Shown: positions 25,301-36,768 of the stretch, piece after piece
Position numbering within the stretch: the first letter of the stretch is position 1
How the letters are laid out: every line of letters begins with the position of its first letter
NCBI GenBank assembly: GCA_964036045.1
Contig: OZ038378.1
Location: forward strand, 174,220,001 to 174,284,000
Reading direction: 5' to 3'
Length of the DNA: 64,000 bases
From: Eutreptiella sp. 'Long Island Sound 2002'
Taxonomy: Eukaryota > Protista > Euglenida
The notes under the pieces: model-generated
Told to the model about the DNA's origin: nothing
The model's database searches: none
The model's input: only the letters and a program-made list of their open reading frames with translations
Position numbers and translations under genes: made by a program

Positions 25301-28300
25301 GCAGTGGGCGGCGCAACTCCTGCAATGCACTGCCTCACTGCCCTGGGGCAGTGGGCAGTGGAACTCCCGCAATGCACTGCCTCACTGCCTGGGGGCAGTG
25401 GGCAGTGCAACTCCTGCAATGCACTGCCTCACTGCCCGGGGGCAGTGGGCAGTGGAACTCCTGCAATGCACTGCCCCACTGCCTGGGGGCAGTGGACAGT
25501 GCAACTCCTGCAATGCACTGCCTCACTGCCTGGGGGCAGTGGGCAGTGCAACTCCTGCAATGCACTGCCTCACTGCCCGGGGGTAGTGGGCAGTGCAACT
25601 CCTGCAATGCACTGCCTCACTGCCTCGGGGCAGTGGACAGTGCAACTCCTGCAATGCACTGCCTCACTGCCTGGGGGCAGTGGGCAGTGGAACTCCTGCA
25701 ATGCACTGCCCCACTGCCTGGGAGCAGTGGACAGTGCAACTCCTGCAATGCACTGCCCCACTGCCTCGGGGCAGTGGACAGTGCAACTCCTGCAATGCAC
25801 TGCCTCACTGCCTGGGGGCAGTGGGCAGTGGAACTCCTGCAATGCACTGCCCCACTGCCTGGGGGCAGTGGGCAGTGGAACCCCTGCAATGCACTGCCTC
25901 ACTGCCTGGGGGCAGTGGACAGTGCAACTCCTGCAGTGCACTGCCCCACTGCCTGGGGGCAGTGGGCAGTGCAACTCCCGCAATGCACTGCCCCACTGCC
26001 TGGGAGCAGTGGACACTGCAACCTCTGCATTGCACTGCCTCACTGCCCTGGGGGCAGTGGGCAGTGCAACTTCGGCAATGCACTGCCCCACTGCCGGGGG
26101 GCAGTGGGCAGTGGAACCCCTGCAATGCACTGCCTCACTGCCCTGCGGGCAGTGGGCAGTGCAATTCCTGCAATGCACTGCCTCACTGCTTGGGGGCAGT
26201 GGGCAGTGCAACTCCTGCAATGCGCTGCCCCAATGCCTGGGGGCAGTGGGCAGTGCAACTCCTGCAATACACTGCCGCACTGTCTGGGGGCAGTGGGCAG
26301 CGCAACTCCTGCAATGCACTGCCTCACTGCCCTGGGGCAGTGGGCAGTGCAACTCCTGCAATGCACTGCCTCACTGCCTGGGGGCAGTGGGCAGTGCAAC
26401 TCCTGCAATACACTGCCGCACTGTCTTGGGGCAGTGGGCAGTGCAACTTCGGCAATGCACTGCCCCACTGCCGGGGGGCAGTGGGCAGCGGAACTCCTGC
26501 AATGCGCTGCCCCACTGCCTGGGGGCACTGGGCAGCGCAACTCCTGCAATACACTGCCGCACTGTCTGGGGGCAGTGGGCAGCGCAACTCCTGCAATGCA
26601 CTGCCTCACTGCCCTGGGGCAGTGGGCAGTGCAACTCCTGCAATGCACTGCCTCACTGCCTGGGGGCAGTGGGCAGTGCAACTCCTGCAATACACTGCCG
26701 CACTGTCTTGGGGCAGTGAGCAGTGCAACTTCGGCAATGCACTGCCCCACTGCCGGGGGGCAGTGGGCAGTGGAACCCCTGCAATGCACTGCCTCACTGC
26801 CCTGGGGGCAGTGGGCAGTGCAATTCCTGCAATGCACTGCCTCACTGCCTGGGGGCAGTGGGCAGTGCAACTCCTGCAATACACTGCCGCACTGTCTGGG
26901 GGCAGTGGGCAGCGCAACTCCTGCAATGCACTGCCTCACTGCCCTGGGGCAGTGGGCAGTGCAACTCCTGCAATGCACTGCCTCACTGCCTGGGGGCAGT
27001 GGGCAGTGCAACTCCTGCAATACACTGCCGCAATGTCTGGGGGCAGTGGGCAGCGGAACTCCTGCAATGCGCTGCCCCACTGCCTGGGGGCAGTGGGCAG
27101 CGCAACTCCTGCAATACACTGCCTCACTGTCTGGGGGCAGTGGGCAGCGCAACTCCTGCAATGCACTGCCTCACTGCCCTGGGGCAGTGGGCAGTGCAAC
27201 TCCTGCAATACACTGCCGTACCGTCTGGGGGCAGTGGGCAGCGGAACTCCTGCAATGCACTGCCTCACTGCCTGGGGGCAGTGGGCAGTGCAACTCCTGC
27301 AATACACTGCCGCACTGTCTGGGGGCAGTGGGCAGCGGAACTCCTGCAATGCGCTGCCCCACTGCCTGGGGGCAGTGGGCAGTGCAACTCCTGCAATACA
27401 CTGCCGCACTGTCTGGGGGCATTTGGCAGTGCAACTCCTGCAATGCACTGCCTCACTGCCTGGGGGAAGTGGGCAGTGCAACTCCTGCAGTGCACTGCCC
27501 CACTGCCTGGGGGCAGTGGGCAGTGCAACTCCCGCAATGCACTGCCGCACTGCCTGGGAGCAGTGGACAGTGCAACCTCTGCATTGCACTGCCTCACTGC
27601 CCTGGGGGCAGTGGGCAGTGCAACTTCGGCAATGCACTGCCCCACTGCCGGGGGGCAGTGGGCAGTGGAACCCCTGCAATGCACTGCCTCACTGCCCTGG
27701 GGGCAGTGGGCAGTGCAATTCCTGCAATGCACTGCCTCACTGCCTGGGGGCAGTGGGCAGTGCAACTCCTGCAATACACTGCCGCACTGTCTGGGGGCAG
27801 TGGGCAGCGGAACTCCTGCAATGCGCTGCCCCACTGCCTGGGGGCAGTGGGCAGCGCAAGTCCTGCAATACACTGCCGCACTTTCTGGGGGCAGTGGGAA
27901 GCGCAACTCCTGCAATGCACTGCCCCACTCCCTGGGGGCAGTGGACAGTGCAACTTTTGCATTGCACTGCCTCACTGCCCTGGGGGCAGTGCGCAGTGGA
28001 ACTTCTGCAATGCACTGCCCCACTGCCTGGGGGCAGTGCACAGTGCAACTCCTGCAATGCACTGCCTCACTGCCCTGGGGGCAGTGGGCAGTGCAACTCC
28101 TGCAATGCACTGCCTCACTGCCCTGGGGCAGTGAGCAGTGCAACTCGTGCAATGCACTGCCCCACTGCCTGGGGGCAGTGGACAGTGCAACTTTTGCATT
28201 GCACTGCCTCACTGCCCTGGGGGCAGTGGGCAGTGGAACTTCTGCAATGCACTGCCTCACTGCCTGGGGGCAGTGGACAGTGCAACTCCTGCAGTGCACT

Positions 28301-31300
28301 GCCCCACTGCCTGGGGGCAGTGGGCAGTGCAACCTCTGCATTGCACTGCCTCACTGCCCTGGGGGCAGTGGGCAGTGCAACTTCAGCAATGCACTGCCCC
28401 ACTGCCGGGGGGCAGTGGGCAGTGGAACCCCTGCAATGCACTGCCTCACTGCCCTGGGGGCAGTGGGCAGTGCAATTCCTGCGATGCACTGCCTCACTGC
28501 CTGGGGGCAGTGGGCAGTGCAACTCCTGCAATACACTGCCGCACTGTCTGGGGGCAGTGGGCAGCGGAACTCCTGCAATGCGCTGCCCCACTGCCTGGGG
28601 GCAGTGGGCAGCGCAACTCCTGCAATACACTGCCGCACTTTCTGGGGGCAGTGGGCAGCGCAACTCCTGCAATGCACTGCCTCACTGCCCTGGGGCAGTG
28701 GGCAGTGCAACTCCTGCAATGCACTGCCTCACTGCCTGGGGGCAGTGGGCAGTGCAACTCCTGCAATACACTGCCGCACTGTCTGGGGGCAGTGGGCAGC
28801 GGAACTCCTGCAATGCGCTGCCCCACTGCCTGGGGGCAGTGGGCAGTGCAACTCCTGCAATACACTGCCGCACTGTCTGGGGGCAGTGGGCAGTGGAACT
28901 CTTGCAATGCACTGCCTCACTGCCTGGGGGCAGTGGGCAGTGGAACTCCTGCAACGCACTGCCCCACTGCCTGGGGGCAGTGGGCAGTGCAACTCCCGCA
29001 ATGCACTGCCGCACTGCCTGGGAGCAGTGGACAGTGCAACCTCTGCATTGCACTGCCTCACTGCCCTGGGGGCAGTGGGCAGTGCAACTTCGGCAATGCA
29101 CTGCCCCACTGCCGGGGGGCAGTGGGCAGTGGAACCCCTGCAATGCACTGCCTCACTGCCCTGGGGGCAGTGGGCAGTGCAATTCCTGCAATGCACTGCC
29201 TCACTGCCTGGGGGCAGTGGGCAGTGCAACTCCTGCAATACATTGCCGCACTGTCTGGGGGCAGTGGGCAGCGGAACTCCTGCAATGCGCTGCCCCACTG
29301 CCTGGGGGCAGTGGGCAGCGCAACTCCTGCAATACACTGCCGCACTTTCTGGGGGCAGTGGGAAGCGCAACTCCTGCAATGCACTGCCTCACTGCCCTGG
29401 GGGCAGTGGGCAGTGCAACTCCTGCAATGCACTGCCTCACTGCCTGGGGGCAGTGGGCAGTGCAACTCCTGCCATGCACTGCCCCACTGCCTGGGGGCAG
29501 TGGACAGTGCAACTTTTGCATTGCACTGCCTCACTGCCTCGGGGGCAGTGCGCAGTGGAACTTCTGCAATGCACTGCCCCACTGCCTGGGGGCAGTAGAC
29601 AGTGCAACTGCTGCAATGCACTGCCTCACTGCCCTGGGGGCAGTGGGCAGTGCAACTCCTGCAAAGCACTGCCTCACTGCCCTGGGGCAGTGGGCAGTGC
29701 AACTCCTGCAATGCACTGCCCCACTGCCTGGGGGCAGTGGACAGTGCAACTTTTGCATTGCACTGCCTCACTGCCCTGGGGGCAGTGGGCAGTGGAACTC
29801 CTGCAATGCACTGCCTCACTGCCTGGGGGCAGTGGACAGTGCAACTCCTGCAGTGCACTGCCCCAGTGCCTGGGGGCAGTGGGCAGTGCAACTCCCGCAA
29901 TGCACTGCCGCACTGCCTGGGAGCAGTGGACGGTGCAACCTCTGCATTGCACTGCCTCACTGCCCTGGGGGCAGTGGGCAGTGCAACTTCGGCAATGCAC
30001 TGCCCCACTGGCGGGGGGCAGTGGGCAGTGGAACCCCTGCAATGCACTGCCTCACTGCCTGGGGGCAGTGGGCAGTGCAACTCCTGCAATACACTGCCGC
30101 ACTGTCTGGGGGCAGTGGGCAGCGGAACTCCTGCAATTCGCTGCCCCACTGCCTGGGGGCAGTGGGCAGCGCAACTCCTGCAATACACTGCCGCACTTTC
30201 TGGGGGCAGTGGGCAGCGCAACTCCTGCAATGCACTGCCTCACTGCCCTGGGGCAGTGGGCAGTGCAACTCCTGCAATGCACTGCCTCACTGCCTGGGGG
30301 CAGTGGGCAGTGCAACTCCTGCAATGCACTGCCCCACTGCCTGGGGGCAGTGGACAGTGCAACTTTTGCATTGCACTGCCTCACTGCCCTGGGGGCAGTG
30401 GGCAGTGGAACTCCTGCAATGCACTGCCTCACTGCCCTGGGGCAGTGGGCAGTGGAACTTCTGCAATGCACTGCCCCACTGCCTGGGGGCAGTGGACAGT
30501 GCAACTCCTGCAATGCACTGCCTCACTGCCCTGGGGGCAGTGGACAGTGCAACTCCTGCAATGCACTGCCTCACTGCCTGGGGGCAGTGGGCAGTGGACC
30601 TCCGGCAATACACTGCCTCACTGCCTAGGGGCAGTGGACAGTGCAACTCCTGCGATGCACTGCCTCACTGCCATGGGGCAGTGGGCAGTGGAACTCCTGC
30701 AATGCACTGCCTCACTGCCTGGGGGCAGTGGACAGTGCAACTCCTGCAATGCACTGCCTCACTGCCTGGGGGCAGTGGGCAGCGCAACTCCTGCAATGCA
30801 CTGCCCCACTGCCTGGGGGCAGTGGACAGTGCAACTCGTGCAATGCACTGCCTCACTCCCTGGGGGCATTGGGCAGTGCAACTCCTGCAGTGCACTGCCC
30901 CACTGCCTGGGCGCAGTGGACAGTGCAACTTCTGCAATGCACTGCCTCACTGCCTGGGGGCAGTGGGCAGTGGACCTCCTGCAATGCACTGCCCCACTGC
31001 CTGGGAGCAGTGGACAGTGCAACCTCTGCATTGCACTGCCTCACTGCCCTGGGGGCAGTGGACAGTGCAACTTCTGCAATGCACGGCCTCACTGCCCTGG
31101 GGCAGTGGGCAGTGGAACCCCTGCAATGCACTGCCTCACTGCCTTGGGGGCAGTGGGCAGTGCAATTCCTGCAATGCACAGCCTCACTGCCTGGGGGCAG
31201 TGGGCAGTGCAACTTCCGCAATACACTGCCGCACTGTCTCGGGGCAGTGGGCAGCGGAACTCCTGCGATGCACTGCCCCACTGCCTGGGGGCAGTGGGCA

Positions 31301-33264
31301 GTGGACCTCCGGCAATGCACTGCCTCACTGCCTGGGGGCAGTGGGCAGTGCAACTCCTGCAATGCACTGCCTCACTGCCTGGGGGCAGTGGGCAGTGGAC
31401 CTCCTGCAATGCACTGCCTCACTGCCTGGGGCCGGTGTACAGTGCAACTTCTGCAACGCACTGCCCCACTGCCAGGGGGCAGTGGGCAGTGCAACTCCTG
31501 CAATGCACTGCCTCACTGCCTGGGGGCAGTGGGCAGTGGACCTCCTGCAATGCACTGCCCCATTGCCTGGGAGCAGTGGACAGTGCAACCTCTGCATTGC
31601 ACTGCCTCACTGCCCTGGGGGCAGTGGACAGTGCAACTTCTGCAATGCACTGCCTCACTGCCCTGGGGCAGTGGGCAGTGGAACCCCTGCAATGCACTGC
31701 CTCACTGCCTTGGGGGCAGTGGGCAGTGCAATTCCTGCAATGCACAGCCTCACTGCCTGGGGGCAGTGGGCAGTGCAACTTCCGCAATACACTGCCGCAC
31801 TGTCTCGGGGCAGTGGGCAGCGGAACTCCTGCGATGCACTGCCCCACTGCCATGGGGGCAGTGGGCAGTGGACCTCCGGCAATACACTGCCTCACTGCCT
31901 GGGGGCAGTGGGCAGTGCAACTCCTGCAATGCACTGCCTCACTGCCTGGGGGCAGTGGGCAGTGGAACTCCTGCAATGCACTGCCTCACTGCCTGGGGCC
32001 GGTGTACAGTGCAACTTCTGCAACGCACTGCCCCACTGCCTCGGGGCAGTGGGCAGTGCAACTCCTGCAATGCACTGCCTCACTGCCTGGGGGCAGTGGA
32101 CAGTGCAACTCCTGCAATGCACTGCCCCACTGCCTGGGGGCAGTGGGCAGTGCAACTCCTGCAATACACTGCCGCACCGCCTGGGGGCAGTGGGCAGCAC
32201 AACTCCTGCAATGCACTACCTCACTGCCTGGGGGCAGTGGGCAGTGGAACTCCTGCAATGCACTGCCCCACTGCCTGGGGGCAGTGGACAGTGCAACTTC
32301 TGCAATGCACTGCCTCACTGCCCTGGGGCAGTGGGCAGTGGAACTTCTGAATTGCACTGCCTCACTGCCCTGGGGGCAGTGGGCAGTGGAACCCCTGCAA
32401 TGCACTGCCTCACTGCCCTGGGGGCAGTGGGCAGTGCAGCTCCTAAAATACACTGCCGCACTGTCTGGGGGCAGTGGGCAGCGCAATTCCTGCAATGCAC
32501 TGCCGCACTGCCTGGGGGCAGTGGGCACTGGACCTCTAGCAAAACACTGCCGCACTGCCTGGGGGCAGTGGGCAATGCAACTCCTGCAATGCACTGCCTC
32601 ACTGCCTGGGGGCAGTAGGCAGTGGAACCCCTGCAATGCACTGCCTCACTACCTGGGGGCAGTGGAGAGTGCAACTCCTGCAATGCACTGCCTCACTACC
32701 TGGGGGCAGTGGAGAGTGCAACTCCTGCAATGCACTGCCCAACTGCCTGGGGGCAGTGGACAGTGCAACTCCTGCGATACACTGCCGCACTATCTGGGGG
32801 CAGTGGACAGTGCAACTCCTGCGACGCACTGCCCCACTGCCTGGGGGCAGTGGGCAGTGCAACTCCTGCAATACACTGCCGCATCGCCTGGGGGCAGTGG
32901 GCAGCGCAACTCCTGCAATGCACTGCCTCACTGCCTGGGAGCAGCGGGCAGTGCAACTCCTGCAATGCACTGCCTCACTGCCTGGGGGCAGTGGACAGTG
33001 CAACTCCGGCAATGCACTGCCCCACTGCCTGGGGGCAGTGGGCCTGGGGGCAGTGGGCAGTGCAACTCCTGCAATGCACTGCCGCACCGCCTGGGGGCAG
33101 TGGGCAGTGCAACTCCTGTAATGCACTGCCTCACTGCCTGGGGGCAGTGGGCAGCGCAACTCGTGCAACGCACTGCCTCACTGCCTGGGAGCAGTGGGCG
33201 GTGCAACTCCTGCAATGCACTGCCTCACTGCCTGGGGGCAGTGGGCAGTGCAACTCTTGCAATG
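22400..33264 (+). repeat. 47-bp satellite array, ~230 units (GGGGGCAGTGGGCAGTGCAACTCCTGCAATGCACTGCCTCACTGCCT)
   Basis: Period measured directly (cctcactgcc at 23641 and 23688). The translation cycles through a 47-aa repeat in all three plus frames. Units at the left edge (22400-22620) are strongly diverged. Confidence 0.98.
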
Positions 33265-34618
33265 GCTGGTCGGAGTGTCCTGCAGGGCCTGTGGGGATGT
33301 ACTACCCGGCGCACCAGCCTGGGGGGATGGGGAGTCCACCCCAGGGGGTGGTCGGGGCATCCTTCAGGGCCTATGGGGGGCCATCATCTTCGGAGAACCG
33401 GGCGCACCGGCCTGGGGGGGGACGGGGAGTCCAGCCCAGGGGGTGGTCGGAGCCTCCTGCAAGGCCCATGGGGAGCCAGCATCTTCCAAGAACCGGGCGC
33501 ACCGGCCTGGGGGGACGGGGGGTCCTGCCGAGGGGGTGGCCGGAGTATTCTTCAGGGCCCATGGGGAGGCGTCATCTTCGGAGAACCGGGCGCACCGGCC
33601 TGGGGGGGACGGGGAGTCCAGCCCAGGGGGTGTTCGGAGCCTCCTGCAAGGCCCACGCGGAGCCATCCTCTTCTAATAACCGGGCGCACCGGCCTTGGGG
33701 GGACGGGGAGTCCAGCCCAGGGGGTGGTCGGAGTATCCTGCAGGGCCCATGGGGAGGCATCATCCTTCAAAAACCGGGCGCACCGGCCTGGGGGGGACGG
33801 GGAGTCCAGCCCAGGGGGTGTTCGGGGCATCCTTCAAGGCCTATGGGGGGCCATCTGCTTCGGAGAACCGGGCGCACCGGCCTAGGGGGGACGGGGAGTC
33901 CAGCCCAGGGGGTGTTCGGAGCCTCCTGCAAGGCCCGTGGGGAGCCATCTTCCTTCAAGAACCGGGCGCACCGGCCTGGGGGGGACGGGGAGTCCAGCCC
34001 AGGGGGTGGTCGGGGCATCCTTCAAGGCCAATGGGGGGCCATCTGCTTCGGAGAACCGGGCGCACCGGCCTGGGGGGGACGGGGAGTCCAGCCCAGGGGG
34101 TGTTCGGAGCCTCCTGCAAGGCCAATGGGGAGGCATCATCTTTCAAAAACCGGGCGCACCGGCCTGGGGGGAACGGGGAGTCCAGCCCAGGGGGTGGTCG
34201 GGGCATCCTTCAAGGCCAACGGGGGGCCATCTGCTTCGGAGAACCGGGCGCACCGGCCTGGGGGGGACGGGGAGTCCTGCCCAGGGGGTGTTCGGAGCCT
34301 CCTGCAAGGCCTATGGGGGGCCATCTTTGTCAGAGAACCGGGCGCACCAGCCTGGGGGGACGGGGAGTCCTGCCCAGGGGGTGTTCGGAGCCTCCTGCCA
34401 GGTCAAGGGGGGGCCATCTCCTTCAGAGAACCGGGCGCACCGGCCCGGGGGGCACAGGGAGTCCCGCCCAGGGGGTGTTCGGAGCCTCCTGCAAGGCCGA
34501 TGGGGGGGCCACCGTCTCCAGAGAACCGGGCGCACCAGCCTGGGGGGGACGGAAAGTCCTGCCCAGGGGGTGTTCGGAGCCTCCGGCAAGACCCGTGGGG
34601 AGCCACCTTCCTTCAAGG
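33265..34618 (+). repeat. 94-bp satellite, ~14 units, with A/B alternation (188-bp higher order)
   Basis: aaccgggcgcacc recurs at spacings of 95, 93, 94 and 94 bp. The variants gtggtcggggcatccttc and gtgttcggagcctcctgc largely alternate. Confidence 0.95.
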
Positions 34619-34659
34619 CCCCTTACCCCTAGTCCCATTACGCTAGGCAGCAAGGCAGT

Positions 34660-34890
34660 AGGGCAGCAGTACCGGGGGTCATAACCCCGGGGTAGCAGTA
34701 TCAGGGACTCAACGTGAGTCCTCTTAACCACGAACAACCCCAAATACCGCCGGGGCTTAACTCCCGAACGTAACGGTATTTGGGGCCCCCGTGGGCCTTA
34801 TTAGCCCACGGAGTGTACTGAGGCGTGGCTACCAGCACTTAAAGTCTGGCCTGCCATACCCATTTCTGGGCTCGCCTCAGTACGGCCGGT
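34660..34890. other. Cluster of adjacent perfect stem-loops (candidate structured RNA or DNA element)
   Basis: Stems at 34705-10/34716-21, 34738-49/34774-85, 34789-96/34804-11 and 34815-25/34873-83. Confidence 0.6.
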
Positions 34891-36276
34891 CGGGTCCGGC
34901 TCTGGGGGGCTGCGCACTAAACTGGCACCGGGAGAGGGCCATTTACCCGGTTAAGCATTATTTACGGCGGTAGGCACTAATCATTACATTAGGGAATTAC
35001 TCAGCGCATTTGTTTACCCCGCAGACATGCCCCTCCAGTGGTGCGCTCACCTTTGGGGCTGCCTTTGGGGGATCGGGGGCTGTTACCCCTCCCGGACGCC
35101 CTCCCTGGTGTTGGCGCCGGGGTGGTGGCCGGGGGGCCTTATACCGTACCTCAAAGGATGTCGGATACCGATACCGGGGCGTCCAGCCGGACGGGGACAG
35201 GGATGGCTCCATCAGTAACTTGACAGTCAAATAAATCCCACCATTCCTCAAATCCACAATCCACTTTCCAATCCACTTACAATTCAAAAACTGCGGTCGT
35301 TGGGCCTGGAGCGTATAAGGGCAGCGTGGCCTCAAACCGCTCCACCAGCGGGGCCACGCTGCCCTTCCGGCACTGTGCTGGCAGCCGCTCTCTGGACGGC
35401 CCCTCAGGCTTATAATCGCAGGGCGGGGGGTCATAGTTGAGGCCCCCCGCGCATGTCTGAGGCCACAGGCCCTCCTGGCGCTGTGGTGCCGCTCTTCTCT
35501 CTCTGCCTACAACAAATAAAGGAAAAACCCGAAGGGAAGGCGCTAACAGGCCCGAAGGATCCTGCATGAGGCTATGCACCCCTACAGGCAGTCGCGCAAA
35601 TAACAGGGAGGAAAGAACAGGAGCAAACAGAACCAGAACAGGAAATCACCGGCCCCGGCGCAGGCCGTCCCGTGGGGGTCCCGTAGTCTCTCAAAAACTC
35701 ACACCCACTCACACACCCATCATACCCCTGTTGGCCCTGCAGCGCCACTGAAGCCCCTGCATGGGGGTCTCCTCGGTGTGGCTGATACCCTCACGCGGCC
35801 GGCCGCCGATGCGGGGCCCTGGGGGCGCGCCGCACGGGCGCTGCCGGCCTGCAAGAGGAGTAGGGTCAGGGAGGGTTTTGGGATAGGTGAGGCAGCAGGG
35901 GGCGAGGAGAGGAGGCGGCGCAGGGGGGAGGGGCCGACGGGGCGCGCGTAGGGGCGGCCGTGGGGGGGCTGGGGCAGGAGCGCGGGGAGGGGCGCATGTC
36001 TGGGCTTCGGTGTGGGCCCGGTGCGTGGGCGGGCGTGCAGGGGGAAGAGAGGAGGGGGAGGCTAGGTCAGCCGTCCTCTACTGGGGGTCGCTGACCGTTC
36101 CCAGGGCCGAGGCGGCCGGTACTAGGGGCCGCGGGGTCCCTGGGGATGGCGCTTGGCACTGGGACGTGCGCGCACCCGACACTGTTAGTACACCGCCTAT
36201 TGGCAGTGCCCGGGCCCTGTCGTCCGGGGCTTCGCACCCGGCACCCAGCCCGTGGGTAGAGCTGGGGAGTACTCAG

Positions 36277-36422
36277 GGTGTGGTGTGGTGTGGTGTGGTG
36301 TGGTGTGGTGTGGTGTGGTGTGGTGTGGTGTGGTGTGGTGTGGTGTGGTGTGGTGTGGTGTGGTGTGGTGTGGTGTGGTGTGGTGTGGTGTGGTGTGGTG
36401 TGGTGTGGTGTGGTGTGGTGTG
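36277..36422 (+). repeat. (TGTGG)n tract 4
   Basis: Read directly. Confidence 0.97.
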
Positions 36423-36530
36423 CTGAAGGCGCTGTTACCAAATGGCAATGGCCAGGAAGTCTTGCACACGGGAAAATGCGAAGCACAAGGGCTGTGTGTC
36501 TGAGCGCGTGCTGTGTGTTGTGTGTTGTGC
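36423..36530 (-). mobile_element. Third, diverged copy of the (CCACA)n-abutting terminus
   Basis: ctgaaggcgctgttaccaaatggcaa matches ccgaaggcgctgttaccaaatggcaa at 22094; the downstream gggctgtgtgt..gcgcg..tgtgtg segment is also similar. Confidence 0.75.
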
Positions 36531-36579
36531 ACTTGAGGCTAGGGCCCGAGCCTCCCCGCGACCTCAATTCAGGTGATTC

Positions 36580-36768
36580 AACCGCCACAGCCTCTAGCCT
36601 TGAGAGTCGGGCGCTCTCATGATCCACCAGAGTGACCCCACCAGGGCCTATGTACCAAATGTGGCAAAACCGTGGCCCATTTGGTGAAGGGCCCACGATA
36701 GTGGCCAACACATGTGCACCGAGTGTGCGTGAGTGGTACCGTACACGGTCACCGGGAGAAAACACCTT
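36580..36768 (-). pseudogene. Small beta-rich (SH3/Tudor-like) coding remnant
   Basis: VFSPGDRVRYHSRTLGAHVLATIVGPSPNGPRFCHIWYIGPGG has a GDRV..A.I.G pattern typical of SH3/Tudor/KOW barrels; a homologous motif sits at 39826-39925. Confidence 0.4.

Larger units (their letters stand above)
22094..36276 (-). mobile_element. Long (~14.2 kb) putative non-autonomous element between two (TGTGG)n tracts
   Basis: Conserved terminus at 22094-22198, then the 47-bp array, the 94-bp array and a GC-rich hairpin region, ending at tract 4. No recognisable enzyme ORF. Confidence 0.55.

Noticed and set aside
22400-33264. CRISPR array (regular hairpin repeats)
   Set aside because: There are no unique spacers and no cas-like ORFs, and the context is eukaryotic.
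22828-33885. Giant Cys/Trp-rich ORFs of 1283-2341 aa
   Set aside because: The 47-bp unit has no stop in any plus frame, all three frames are similarly open and give the same rotating 47-aa peptide, and scattered stops hit every frame. There is no frame-specific signal of coding.
33194-34684. Gly/Pro-rich ORFs up to 674 aa
   Set aside because: These are translations of the GC-rich 94-bp satellite.
36180-36215. Twister-like string cactgccaat (minus strand); also pistol-like words at 34740-34811 and HDV-like ctcctcg at ~35770
   Set aside because: The required pseudoknot partners and catalytic junctions are missing in each case.
19318-36422. (TGTGG)n as true telomeric repeats or a chromosome end
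   Set aside because: The tracts are short (65-240 bp), internal and embedded among introns. The organism's telomere motif cannot be determined from this window.
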